Shown: one piece after another, positions 41,991 to 55,072 of the stretch
Position numbering within the stretch: the first letter of the stretch is position 1
Layout of the letters: the number at the start of each line of letters is the position of its first letter
Assembly: GCF_009914755.1 (NCBI RefSeq)
Contig: NC_060945.1
Direction: 5' to 3' (one strand)
DNA length: 64,000 bases
From: the human T2T-CHM13v2.0 reference genome, Homo sapiens
Made by a program: the position numbers and the translations under genes
The notes under the pieces: model-generated
The model's database searches: none
What the model saw: the letters and a program-made list of their open reading frames with translations, nothing else
Told to the model about the DNA's origin: nothing

Positions 41991-42153
41991 AACATTTGAT
42001 ATAGAACTGCATGTGAAAAGGTACCTTCAATGATGAGTAAACTGAGGCACCCAAGTGGGTTAAATCACCTGTTCAAATGGATCCAGATCAACTACAGAAG
42101 CTCTGTTCCATTAAAAATAATGAGACGAGCCATTCATCTCATTTCCTTTAGAG

Positions 42154-42363
42154 CACGCATGTCCCACCCGTGGCGTGCAGGCCACCCGCGGCCCAGGACG
42201 GCTTTGAATGTGGCCCAACACTAATGTGTAAACTTTCTTAAAACATGAGACATTTTTGCAATTTATTTTAGTTCATCAGCTATCATTAGGGTATTTTATG
42301 AGTGGCCCAAGACAATTCTTCTTCCAATGTTCCCCAGGGAAGCCAAAAGACTGGACACCCCTG
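42154..42363 (-). mobile_element. MER30 (hAT-Charlie) MITE
   Basis: GCGGCCCAGGACGGCTTTGAATGTGGCCCAACAC...AAGCCAAAAGACTGGACACCCCTG. 8-bp TSD-like flanks CTTTAGAG / TTCTAGAG. Confidence 0.9.
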
Positions 42364-43069
42364 TTCTAGAGAATAAAATTATATTCTCTCTCCAAATGCC
42401 ATTACAGCTTACTCTTGAAATACTTGAGAAAGCAACAATGACCCCTTGTTCTGACAACTTGTTTGATTATAAACACGTTTGGTAAAAAAAAAAAAAATAT
42501 TTTCAGCAAGGTTGTCAAATCTGCAGATCTGTTTGTTTTTGAAGGCATAGAAATAAGAGTAGCATATCCTTGCTGTTTTGGGTGACGGAATCATGCCTGC
42601 AAAAATCTCAAAAAGACTGTGAAACATGCAGATGTGGTCACAAGGAGTGCAATAAAAATGGAACTGTTGTTCAGAAAGAAACGCCAGCATCCCACAGACA
42701 TATGTGTGGTCCCATCTGTGATTCTAAATTCATTGCTTATGAACAACTAAGGAGTTGCTGGAGATCAGAAGCCATCTCTGCTTTTATCCCTTCAGAAGTA
42801 AGGCGGCATGCAGCTGGATAAATCTACCCCTCCTAGAACTTGAGACAAATGACATTCACTCCTGTCTAGACCCAAGACCTCTCATGCCAATATCACTTTT
42901 CATTCCTGAAACTCTGATTTAAAGAGACAGGCTCTGAGGCCATCAACAGTTCCTACCTGATGGTTGATTGTTGATCCACGTAGCCCCAGGGTTACAGCAC
43001 TGGAAGAGACCATGTACTTTAGACCCAAGCTTGAGAGCCTGAGTCCCCTCCATGGCAATTCTAACAAGT

Positions 43070-43330
43070 GTGTTTCCATCTCCCTGCTTGAGTACTCACA
43101 GTGATGGGCAACTCACTGCTTATCAAGGCAGTCCATTTTTAAAAATAGTTTTTAATAATAATTTATTTCTTAAATGGACTTGAAACTGTTTGTTTGTTTT
43201 GTTTTGTTTTTTCAGCTTCCGTTTCTCCCTGCACTGTCCAGGTAAGGAATGTGATCCTATGACAAAGAATCCCTTCTGACCTCTGAAGACAGCTAACACA
43301 CCTCTTTTCTTTTTTCCTCCAATTTAAATG
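43070..43330 (-). mobile_element. L3/CR1-like fragment
   Basis: CTGCTTGAGTACTCACAGTGATGGGCAACTCACTGCTTATCAAGGCAGTCCATT. Confidence 0.55.
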
Positions 43331-43684
43331 CCTTCACTTCATTGAGGGTAACATGTTATAAATTTCTATGGGACCACCTCAAAGGGCTTTTGCATTGCTG
43401 AGAGTGGACAAGGTTCCAATGATACTGTGGCTTCTCCCGGACAAATACATGCATTTGATTTTTGCCAGTTTCCAAAAACACTTACAAGAACTGAGTTGAA
43501 CCTGGCTATCACTTTTCAAATTTACATTGTTTTCCTAATGCAATTACATTTTTTTCTTGTTTATTTCACTTTGTTCATCTGTTGATTATTTTTAAATGCC
43601 TATACTTTCAAGAAGTTTAAAATAACTAGATCTTGAGAACCTAGAACATAAGCCAAAGATGTATGTCTGTAGCTAAAGATATTT

Positions 43685-43702
43685 TGGCCACCAGAGGGCT
43701 CC
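43685..43702 (+). promoter_or_regulatory. Strong CTCF core motif
   Basis: TGGCCACCAGAGGGCTCC closely matches the TGGCCASYAGRKGGCRS consensus and lies in AT-rich, apparently unique DNA. Confidence 0.6.
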
Positions 43703-44406
43703 CAGATTTTGATCATTATTACTCTACCTGTATTTAAACAATCAAGACAATTAAGTGGACTTATAGAAACAACAAATTTAAATATAAGCTGTTTCTGACA
43801 CAAAGATAGGTCACAAATTTTTAGAAACAATTTTATTTGCCTTTGCCTCTTAATTCCAGCACATTAACTTCTTAAACACTGTGCATATACACAATGATTT
43901 AATCCCCACAATCTTCTTAAACACACACACGCACACAAAGATTTAATCTACAAAATAATTAGTCTTGATCTCTGTAAACACATTTAAATGTTTTATGACT
44001 TACTTGTCTATATCTGCAGAAGTTTTCAAATGACTATTTTGTGTGGAAAGAATAAGTGTTCTGTTTTCAGGAATATGTAGCTTTCTAAAAGTACGTATTT
44101 AGAAGTATGAATGATGGCATAAAATTGACTTGTATATAAAATTGATTAAAAAATAACGCTTAATGTCAGGAAGTGTAAGAGAAGAATCAACACTTTTATA
44201 CATACTTTCCAGAAATGAAACTTAATAATTTGATATGTCTTTGAGGGTAATTTGTTAAAATATGGAATATTGTAAAATGTACACGAATTTATAGTAAGCA
44301 GTAACTTATCTAAGAATTGATTAAAAAATACACAAATATTGGGATTTTATAAGCAATTTTAAAAATAGTAAAAGTAAAGGAATAAGGACTAAAATGTCAT
44401 CAATTA

Positions 44407-44947
44407 TGTGAGGGGAAAATAAATCGTGGGACCCCAAAATCACTAAGCCCAAGGGAAAAGTCAAGCTGGGAACTATATCAGGCAAGCTTGCCTCCCATTT
44501 TATTCCAAAATAAGATAGCTACAAAGATTAACCAAAAAAAAAAAAAAAAAAAAACTACATAGCTCCCTCACAATTTGCCCACTAGGAAATTCCTTGCGGG
44601 CCCCAAGATCTTTACCCTAAAATAGTTCTGTTGCATTTCACCCTGACGAGATAAATTGATAGCTTATCTTCACAGGTGCGGGACGAAGGACAGAACTCAG
44701 TCATTCCTCTGCCCATCTGAGACAAATGCACATCTGATTTGCTTCCTCTGCCCTATGTTTATTTTATCTTATGTAAAAATAAAGATTCACTGAAATTTAA
44801 AATTCTCTTTCTCTTTCCCCAATATCTGCCCTTTCTCCTTTAAATCCCCAAACCCTCAAAATCATCTTTGGAGGAAGGCACAGACCTGTGTCCTGGGTGC
44901 ACCTCCTCAATCGATTGAGACCTGTCTGAGATACTTTTTGGTTTGTA
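44407..44947 (+). mobile_element. MER4-group (MER4B-like) ERV1 solo LTR
   Basis: TGTGAGGGGAAAATAAATCGTGGGACCCCAAAATCACTAAGCCCAAGGGAAAAGTCAAGCTGGGAAC...GATTGAGACCTGTCTGAGATACTTTTTGGTTTGTA. Confidence 0.9.
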
Positions 44948-45369
44948 ATAAGAAACTAGTTAATTTCATAGCAGAGACAGAGAGAGGAGGAAGAGAAGGA
45001 GCGAGAAGAGAAAGGAAGAGAAATACACTATTTCAGAGACTTATAATATTTCAGGGTTACTATGAAATGTCCATGAACTCAAGCTCAACAATCTGAAGTC
45101 AGGGAGTAAATGGAAAAACAGCAAATATTGCACACAGGATTGGGGAGGGGGAGGCCTCAAAGGTTTTGGGGTTTGGAGTGGGGCAAGGGCTGAACAAGGA
45201 GGGGTTTCCTGAAATTCTGCGTCCTCGTGCCCCGCCTGCACATTCAGCTGCACATTATGCTGCTTCCAGAAGCATCTCGATAGCCTAAGGGGTTTATTCT
45301 CTGGCTAAACTGAAACAGATTATTGGGTATTTAAGATGGAAGTGTAGATATTTTCTGAAAGTTAGTATA

Positions 45370-46450
45370 AAGAAAAGAACCAAAAGTCGAAAATTTCTGA
45401 ACTGTCAAAAAGGAGGAGATTTGTACAACAAAATAATAAAGATTTAAAAAAAAATTACCTCCATCCAGGAGGTCTGTTTGAACAGTAGAAATTCCAGCGG
45501 GAGAGAAAGGTGGAAAGAGTAGGAATGGTATCATCCATAAAGAAATACAGGGAAATCACCCTACATTGAGGGGCAGGAGTGTTTGCATTCCAAGATGCCA
45601 CTCAGTGCCCAGCACACTACAGCCACACACACCTTCATAAAGTTACGGGACTTCAGGAATAAAGAGAATGGCCTCAACACTGCCCACCCAAAAGGAAGAA
45701 AGTGAACTTACACCCGAAGGTCAGCAATCAGAACTATAACAACCCCTACCCTGGCAGCTAAAAGACAATGGAGAAATCATTCCCTTTGCAATTTTTAAAA
45801 TTTCTAAGATAAAAATTACTTCCAAACTTATATTCTTTTTGCAAACATAAGTTCTTAAAAATGTTCTTCTCATGCATCCTTTCTCAGAAATGATGGATGG
45901 TATGTCCCGCTGAAAGGAGGGAGAAAAAAAGACATGGGAAAGCACAGGATTTAGGAAATAGGAAATCCAGCATAGGGGAGACATGAGAAGAATACTTAAG
46001 GTGGCAGCCCCTTCAGATTGGAGGCTGGTAGAGGGGCTCCTGGAGCTGTCTCTGCTGGAAAAACAAAATAGAATAAATTCCCTGACAAAGTTGAACATGT
46101 GGAAAATCATTTTGTGCTTTGAAGTGTGGAAATGTTAGATGTTTAAAGCAAAAAGGAAAAATGTAATCATAGCACACAACTTGGCTTGACACTTAATATT
46201 TACATGATTATAATAGATTTAACTAAAATGTAAGACATACTGGGAGGATGGGAATATGGGCAAAGTGACCTAAATTTCTGAACCATCACAATATGAAGTC
46301 AATAAATACATGAATAAGATTGAAAAAAATTAAATACCAGAAATTTAGTTAAAAAATAATGAGAGTGATTTCTTCGTGGGAGGAAAACGGGGAATGCATT
46401 CTCAGTTTTTTGTTGTTATAATTTCTTTATAACCATATGACATTAAAATT
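45370..46450 (+). mobile_element. HAL1 / L1ME ORF1-like decayed LINE
   Basis: AAAAGACAATGGAGAAAT, CATGCATCCTTTCTCAGAAA, CAGGATTTAGGAAATAGGAAATCCAGCA. Confidence 0.6.
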
Positions 46451-47152
46451 ATTTGCATGTAGTGTTTGACTAAAAAATTTAACAATGAGGCATATGTAGT
46501 CCATGGAAAAGTGCTGTAATAGGTTCAGTGGAAAAAACGGTTTTAGAATAATGTAATCCCATATATTTTCACTGCAAAATGAAAGGAGAAATCTATTCCA
46601 ACATGTTTAAAATGTTAATCTCTGGGGCATAGAATTACAGGGGCCTCTTTTATCTTAATAATCATTTCTGTCTTCTGAGTATAGCACATCAATTTTTAAC
46701 CTCAATAAACCACAATGACGTAAGTCATGTTATAATTAATATAAAATAATCAAATTGGTATGTTTTATTTCAAGTTTGGATGCAAAAGAAAAAAATTGTG
46801 TAACTTAATACACAAAGCTTTTCAGCCAATGAGGATTCAGTAACTACGACTAAAACCAAGAGTGCTGTGAGCTCATTAATGTTACGTGTCTGCCTTGCAG
46901 GAAAAAGCTATGGAAACACAATATTAAAGAACCTTGGATCCTAAACTGTATGCCACGGAAACGTGGCAGGCTTACAATAACGTCCTGCCAAAGCCACCTG
47001 TGCCATTTGGTGCCTCCCTCATTGGAGCAAGGTTTGCTTCTGCGAGGCTGTCCAAGAGTCCAAGAGCTTTCTGCCCTCTCTTCTCCAGCGCCTTCAACTG
47101 AACAGCATTTTGAGCCCAACACGAAGCTTACTCTTAGTCATGCACCTGAAGT

Positions 47153-47455
47153 GTTTTGTTTATTAGGTTTTTGAGACAAAGTCTTCTCTGTCACCCAGGC
47201 TGAAGTGCAAAGTGGCATGATTGTTGGCTCACTGCAGCCTTGACCTCCCCAGCTCAAGAGATCCTCCCACCTCGGCCTCCCAAGAAGCTGGAACTACAGG
47301 TTTGCACCACCATGTATGGCTAATCTTTGTATTTTTTGTAGAGAGAGGGTTTCCCCATGGTGCCTAGGCTGGTCTTGAACTCCTGGACTAAAGGGATCCT
47401 CCTGCCTGGATCTCCCAAAGTGATGGGATTACAAGTGTGAGCCACCTCACCTGGG
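47153..47455 (-). mobile_element. AluJ element
   Basis: CACTGCAGCCTTGACCTCC..GCTCAAGAGATCCTCCCACCTC. Confidence 0.9.
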
Positions 47456-48059
47456 CATTTATTAAAAATTACTATTATTATGGCTAACAAAGAACTTGCA
47501 ATATTGATTCAGTAGTCTTAGAATGCCACATGTAGAAGACAAATTACAAATTATTTTTGTCTAGCAATTTTCTTTTCATTACAGACATTTTCACGGTTTT
47601 CCTCCCTAGACCCTAGCTGTCATATTCCATTTTCTCTAGCCATTTCTTTACTGGTATTTTTCTCCCTTTAATGTGTCAGAGCGGATAAAAACATAAGTGG
47701 TAAAGATTCAGAAACGGTAGCTTTCTTTCTCTAAGGTTTAGCATAACCAACATGAACTTCAAGCAGTTAGCTGCAAATTATCTCATCAACTCGAGCACTT
47801 TACTTCTAAAGTTCTGACCAATCCTGCAGAAAAAGTCATCTGTTTGTGTGTCAGAGAAATATGCTTATGTCAACTCTAAGAAACCACATTAGGGAAGGAA
47901 GCAGGGGGAAGTGAACTTCACTAGGTAGAGGCCTTTGGGGCCACTCCTTCCTTCCACAACTATGGGGCTCTATGCCTCCAGCCACCACAGCTAGGCAGTG
48001 GTAGGGCAGGTTCTAGATCTTAGGTGCAGCAATTTTAACCCAGTGCTTTTAAAACAACA

Positions 48060-48290
48060 TCAGTAACTGATTATGCATGAGACAGTACTAGGGTTACAGT
48101 CTGCTCCGAGGGCTTGGCCAAGATTTAATAATGTAATCCTCCACAACAACCTGATCAGCTGGCTATGATTTTTTTCTTATTTTATTGCTGGAGAAACTGA
48201 GGCAACAGAGTGTAAACCACCTGCCCAAGGACACGCAGCTGGAAAGTTCTGGAGCCAGCACTGGCTCCCAAGTAGCCTGGTTTCACACTC
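48060..48290 (-). mobile_element. MIR
   Basis: TAATCCTCCACAACAACC...GAGAAACTGAGGCAACAGAG...CTGCCCAAGGACACGCAGCT. Confidence 0.8.
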
Positions 48291-48377
48291 CTACGCAGCT
48301 ATTACACAAGCTCTGACTTAGGAGTGATCTGCTCTACCATTTTATCAGTGGGGACAGCAAACAGGAGCAGAGATTTT

Positions 48378-48691
48378 ATTTTACTTTACTTAATTTTTAT
48401 TTTTATTTTATTATACTTTAAGTTCTAGGGTACATGTGCACAATGTGCAGGTTTGTTACATATGTATACATGTGCCATGTTGGTGTGCTGCACCCGTTAA
48501 CTCGTCATTTACATTAGGTATATCTCCTAATGCTATTCCTCCCCGTTCTCCCCATCCCACAACAGGCCCCAGTGTGTGATGTTCCCCTTCCTGTGTGCAA
48601 GTGTTCTCATTGTTCAATTCCCACCTATGAGTGAGAACATGCGGTGTTTGGTTTTTTGTCCAAAACAGAGATATAGACCAATGGCACAGAA
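48378..48691 (-). mobile_element. L1PA (PA4/5-like) 3' end with a short 5' inversion
   Basis: 48378-48660 is antisense 3' UTR. 48661-48691 is sense ORF2 (CAAAACAGAGATATAGACCAATGGCACAGAA). Perfect 15-bp TSD AGGAGCAGAGATTTT. Confidence 0.95.
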
Positions 48692-50221
48692 AGGAGCAGA
48701 GATTTTCTAAACACCATGTTACTTGCCCAGTGACAGAGCTGTCCAGAGCTCAGCCTCCCAACCCTCCTCTCTTTGTGGCAGTTTTAGTTCATTACATCAC
48801 TTAAATGTCAATGGAATGAGAATGTGTCTGTGCATAAATACGGTGAATGTGGACACTTCATTCTTCAGTGCTTAGACTCAGAACAGATGATGTCACATTT
48901 TAAAATACGTGTTCTGAAGAAGATGGGTGTACATTACCTTCATACTGAATCAAATTTTAAATTCACTAATAACTATTGAAAGCAATCCAGAAGCAAACCT
49001 GTAAAACTAAAGAAAACTTTTAGGAAATAATCATATTTTAATCTATCATATATAAATTCTAATTTTCCTAATTGTTAAAATTTTAATGGAGGTACACATG
49101 CATTTGTTGTATTGGATATACTGTTTCCCAAATGGGAAAAATCATAGTAAAACTTCATTTTGAAATAATGTTATTTTGGATTTGTAATGACCAAAATCAT
49201 TAGGAGCTTAGAGCTTTAAGGTGATATTGCAGATAGTTCAAAATTAAATGGATGGACAGTCGATTTGGTTTGTTTCACTTGTGTGTCTGTTTTGGAGGAG
49301 TGGTTTTTTTAAATGGTTTGTGTGTTTAAATGTAAAGTTTTTTTAAAAAGACCTCATACTCATTTCTCAGAGCAATTATCTGAGGTGTGTCACATTCCAT
49401 CCCCTTCTAGAATAACAATTCTCCCAATATGCATGTGTGATGCAGAAACCAGGTGCCAGTTAATGCACATCACTGTGTGGAGAGAAACGAGAAGAGAAAG
49501 GGTGTTTGGCCATGCTGATGGTGCAAACACAGCTGTGCACTTCATATTTTTGTTGCTAAGGTCATATGGGTCAGCCCTCTCAGTGGGCTACAAACCCATT
49601 TCCCTGGCAAAGCGGACGGTCCATACGGGGCACGGATTTATTTGAGGAGAAGTATCCATGTTGTTCTGGGGGAATAAAGGGGCTGTTCACCAACCAGGCA
49701 GAGACCTTCCTAAAAAGCAGCCATGGCAACTCAGTTTACCTGCAAGCAAGAATTGCCAGCTACGGCTAGGTAACGGCTCTTAACTTTTTAAAAACTAAAG
49801 GAGAGCAGAATGAATTAGAAAAGCAGAATGTGCTGCAGGCACAAAGAGTGGCACCAAGAGTGGCACATTCATTTTGGACCTAGAGGTGGTTAAGGTTATA
49901 CTGCATGTACAATTTGAATAGACAAAGGCAAGTACTGGAATTAATTACAAAGCTTATTGGGAATCCACCAGTGACATAGGCAGTAACTAAATCAAGAGGG
50001 GGCTGAGAAGCCATCTGACAATAACGGCCAACCTAATGGCTGCCATGCTTTCCAACATGATAGACTGCGGATGCCGACCCCTTAGATAATAGCCTGGTGT
50101 TAACACCAGCGCAAATATGACCAAAACTGAGGGCTCTGAAATTGGGCAGCGGTCACCTATCAGGTAGATCATACAGGTTCTATGTGTTACAGAATGTGCA
50201 TATACAACTATTGTCAGATTT

Positions 50222-50588
50222 TGTTATGGGCTGCATGATGTCCCTCCAAAATTCATGTTGAAGTCCCAACCCCCAGTACCTCGGGATAAGGTATTTGGAC
50301 ATAGGGCCTACAAAGGGGTGATTAAGGTAAAGTGAGGTCATCAAGATGAGCCCTAATCCAGTATGACTGGTGTCATTGGAAGAGGTGGAAGTGAGAACAC
50401 AGACACACACGGAGGACAACCACGTTAGGACACAGAGAGGAGGTGCCATCTACAGTGTTGGAAGGAACCACCCTGCTGATAGCTTCGTCTTGGACTTAGA
50501 GCCTCCAAAACTATGAGAAAACAAATGACTGCTGTTCAAACCCCTGCTCAGTGGCATGTTTTTGTGGCAGCCCTAGCAGATGAATGCA
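50222..50588 (+). mobile_element. MLT1A/B MaLR LTR
   Basis: TGTTATGGGCTG...CCCTAATCCAGTATGACTGGTGTC...GTGGCAGCCCTAGCAGATGAATGCA. Confidence 0.85.
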
Positions 50589-50599
50589 GACGATCATCA

Positions 50600-50935
<336 letters not shown>

Positions 50936-52168
50936 AAATACAAAGGCATATTCAGTACTGGAAAATTCCAGAAAATGGTCCAAGCACCCCTTGGCATGTT
51001 CCTTTGCAGCATATAATATTCCATTTAATTGTTTTTTCTTTCTTTCTTTTATTGTAGGCAATACTTTTCTTTGTCCATCCAGAATCCTAACAAGCATTGT
51101 AAACAAATAAACACATAAAATAGCTAAAAATGGAGCAGCAGCCGCGGGAGCTGCCGCCCTCCCCTTCCCCCCTGAGCTGGAACAGCCCCTGGGGCTCCCG
51201 CAGAGCAGAGTTTGAAAAATGCCGCTTCCATTCTGGTGCCTCACAAAGATCTAACATGTCAGCGAATTACCTCAGGTTTGCACATTATCATTAATCAGGG
51301 GCATCACAGGGGATGGCAGCATCCCCCAGACATAATAAATAATGGTGAACTCAAGGTTTCTGCAGGCGAGTGCGTGCGTTCTGCCTGGGAAGGGCAGTCC
51401 GTGTCCATTAGAGACTGAGGGGAACGTTGTTCTTGCCGTGTCCTCTGAGGGTTCCCACGACGAGAACTGCGAGGGAGCCCTGCTCATTCAGAGACCCAGT
51501 GCAGGCAGACCCACACCTGGGCACCTAGGCCAGAGACCTTCCATGGAGCTCTGCAGGCTCTCAGGGCTTCTGAAGATTGGCATCTCTCCAGGAAAAAAAA
51601 AAGCCCATCACCCCAAACAGTCAGTAGGCTTGCTGTTGCCTCACCTACCCTGGATGCTGAAGTTGGAGAGCACTTAAGGTTTCCAGAAGTTTCTCCAGCC
51701 AGCAAGATGCTCCACCCTCCTCCTTCAGACTGTCGTGCGCAATTAATGACAAGCTTTCATATCTTTGATTGTGAAGGTGCATTAGCACTTCAGCTGGCTC
51801 CTCTGGGTCACTCTTGGGTTTATTCCACGTTTAAACCTTCAAAATCTGCTTTTATTTAGGTCTTGGCATTCAGGCCAGTGCCCTTCAGAAGGACACGAGG
51901 ATGGCCCATCTTCCAGGGCTGGACTCAGCCCACCTAACTGGCTCAGCAAGATCCCTGCTGGTGTGAAACTTGTCACAGGATGTGGCAGGGAGGCTTCTCC
52001 TAGAACTGGACTGGGGCCCCCTTCGTCATGATTGTAGATTAGAGTCAGGGGCTCTTTGTGTGACCTTCGTCCTGGCCTCCTTATGATTTGAATCACATTT
52101 TCCTCAGTGGCTTGATCAATGTGTTCATTCACGAAAGTGCTGACTTTCCCATACAAAATGGTCAGCCT

Positions 52169-52477
<309 letters not shown>

Positions 52478-52621
52478 CTATTCCATTTGAGTAGTTTCAA
52501 GTTTCTTTTGTGTGTAAGTTGGTATTTCATTCCATTTTTGATTTTGTAGGACATTCGAACTATCTGTCAGGTTATCCAATCCTATTAGGCTTCTTTCCTC
52601 CACAAGTGTTTCATCTTTGGG

Positions 52622-52805
52622 TGGGTGCTTCACTCCCATGCTGTACTAACCACCTCATAGAGAAAGGGACTATACCAGAAATGTCCTTGTATTTCTATAG
52701 GAGGGTCCCCATTTGGGTGCTTCACTCCCATGCTGTACTAACCACCTCATAGAGAAAGGGGCTATGCCAGAAACGTCCTTGTATTTCTATAGGAGGGTCC
52801 CCATT
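52622..52805. repeat. Tandem duplication, 2 x 92 bp
   Basis: TGGGTGCTTCACTCCCATG at 52622 and 52714, with 3 substitutions. Confidence 0.95.
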
Positions 52806-52854
52806 TGAAGGCCCTTAGTGAAGGTATATCGATAATTTTAGGGAGATAATATGG

Positions 52855-53080
52855 CATGAGAAAGGGCAGTCAACTCTGAGTTTGAGCTACAGCTCAGCCA
52901 TTCATCATGGATACGACTTGGACCATTTCTTAACTTTCCTGAGCCTCAGTTTAGAGGCTAATATAACCCATTGAGTTGTTATAAGGCTTTAATTTTTAGA
53001 TAACATTAATATGCATATATTGCATGCAAAATGCACAGGTAAGTGTCTGGCACATAGTGATCAATTTATCATAATAATAT
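52855..53080 (+). mobile_element. MIR
   Basis: TTAACTTTCCTGAGCCTCAGTTT...GTTGTTATAAGG...GTGTCTGGCACATAGT. Confidence 0.7.
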
Positions 53081-54439
53081 TGATGATGATAGTGACAATC
53101 ACAAACATTTAATAAGAGGTATGTTTAAAATAGAGTTTGCTCACAACCTTATCAGCTAAAATGTTTGTGGTCTTAACTAAACAATGAGCTTTCGAATGTG
53201 CTTAAGGTGAGGACAGAAGGGACTCTAGGAATTTCAGAAGACTATAACTGGGGAGTTTTGGGGGAAAGAATTTATTCTTTGCTGACTAACCATTGGTTAG
53301 GTGGTGGGCAGGGCAGGTCATAGGGAAAGCTTTGATGGGAAGGGCTCAAAAATCAGTCATTGTAGGCTATGTTATACAGTGTTCCCTGCTAAGGCCTCAA
53401 TAAGAAGAATGAGTGGAAAGTTCTCTACGTGAACAATCCAATTAACCATGAACTGCCAAAAAAAACTTGAGGGAAAATTCAGAGAGAGTAGGAAAAACGT
53501 TTACTTTCTCACCTTAGTCCTGTGACCATAATTTTGCAAGCCAAGACCTGATAAAAATAATGTTCATTTTAAAATTTAAAGTACAAATAAGTATATTTTA
53601 TTGCATGAAATTTGGAATATTTGGGAAGAGCTCAAAGAAAACAAAAGTTATATAACTTCCTAAATAGTATTTAAGGAAGACTGCAGTCAGCCCACAGGCA
53701 TTTAGGATCTCAATGTGGAAAAGTATAAAATGTGTTTTAATTTAAAAAGAAATTTTCAAAATATACCTGTTCAAACCTCATTCATACAATATTCACAAAT
53801 AAAGAGGAATATGAATTCTTTTTCACTGAATAGTCTAGAAAAATAAAACCAGCTCTCTATCTGCCATAGAAAATCAGAAATTGATCTAACAAAAGATAAG
53901 AACCAGAAGAAAAGGAAAAGAAATAGGAAAAAGGAGATACCATGCTTAACACACAAAAAAGGAGATAGTTAAAAAATGATAATGGCAAAAAAAAGAAAAC
54001 GGTATTTTTTCTGATCGTCTTTTCTATAGTAGAAATTTGCAATTTCTCAGATGCTCAGTATTGAAGTTCCAAAGGACGTGTAAATTTCCACTGATGGCCG
54101 TGAGTCATCTATAATTATTTCCACCATATGTACTTACATCCTTTCCAGAGAACCTGCCCATTAAAACAGCATATGAAACTTAGTAAGTTTCACTTTTTTA
54201 TGTTTTGGAAGAAAGTGATAAAACCCATACTACTTGAGGAACTGAATTACACACAGTGTTTATTAACACTGAGAGGTCTGCTTTTCATTTGAGCACAAAT
54301 TTGTAATTATTTTAGAATATTATCAAAATGATATATTTAATCTAAAATCCAATCATGCATTTTCATTTAAATTGTTAACATTTTATTCAGTATTTTAAAA
54401 GATAAAATAACAACATTTTCTCCACTGACATTTTTTTCT

Positions 54440-55072
54440 GTCTTTTTAAAAAACTTGTCAGTAAAGTGTAATATACCTAGAGAAGAGTACATTTAACTGA
54501 ATAGCCCAGCTGAATCATCACCAACTGATCCCACCCATGCAACCCACATTTAGGTAGAGAAAAAAAATTACCAGGACCCCTGAGCCCCACCCCCCATGCT
54601 TCTTTATAGTCATTACTCTTCTTTCAAAGCCACCCAGTATCTTGATTTCTAATAGGATAGGTTCGTTTTGCCTGTTTTGGAAGTTTATGTAAATAGAACC
54701 ACACAGAATATATTCTCTTGTGTCTGTCTCTCTTCCTTCAACATTACCTTTTCAAGATTTATCCACATGGTTGTGTGTAGTTGTTGGCTGTTCATTCTCA
54801 TTTCTTAGCTGTATTATATTGAATGAACATAACTCCATTTAGCTGTTTGGGGGAATTTGCATAGTTTTTTGATTGGAGCTATTATGAAAAGTGCTGCCAA
54901 GAACACTGTATATGCCTGTGTGTACCTGGGAACCTGTAGTACATGTGGACATAGGTAAATATTTTTTTCTTTTGGGGACATAGCTGGGAGTGGAATGGCT
55001 TTGCCATAGGGTAGGCACAGAGCCAGCTTTTAAAAAGATTGGTCATTTTCCAAAGTGATTGCATGACCTTAA
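54440..55072 (-). mobile_element. L1ME-type 3' region (antisense)
   Basis: GTTTTGCCTGTTTTGGAAGTTTATGTAAATAGAACCACACAG...AGATTTATCCACATGGTTGTGTGTAG...GGAGTGGAATGGCT. Confidence 0.8.

Noticed and set aside
51125-51500. Possible CpG-island promoter
   Set aside because: CpG density and length look too low and no downstream gene structure is visible. Kept only as a weak enhancer candidate.
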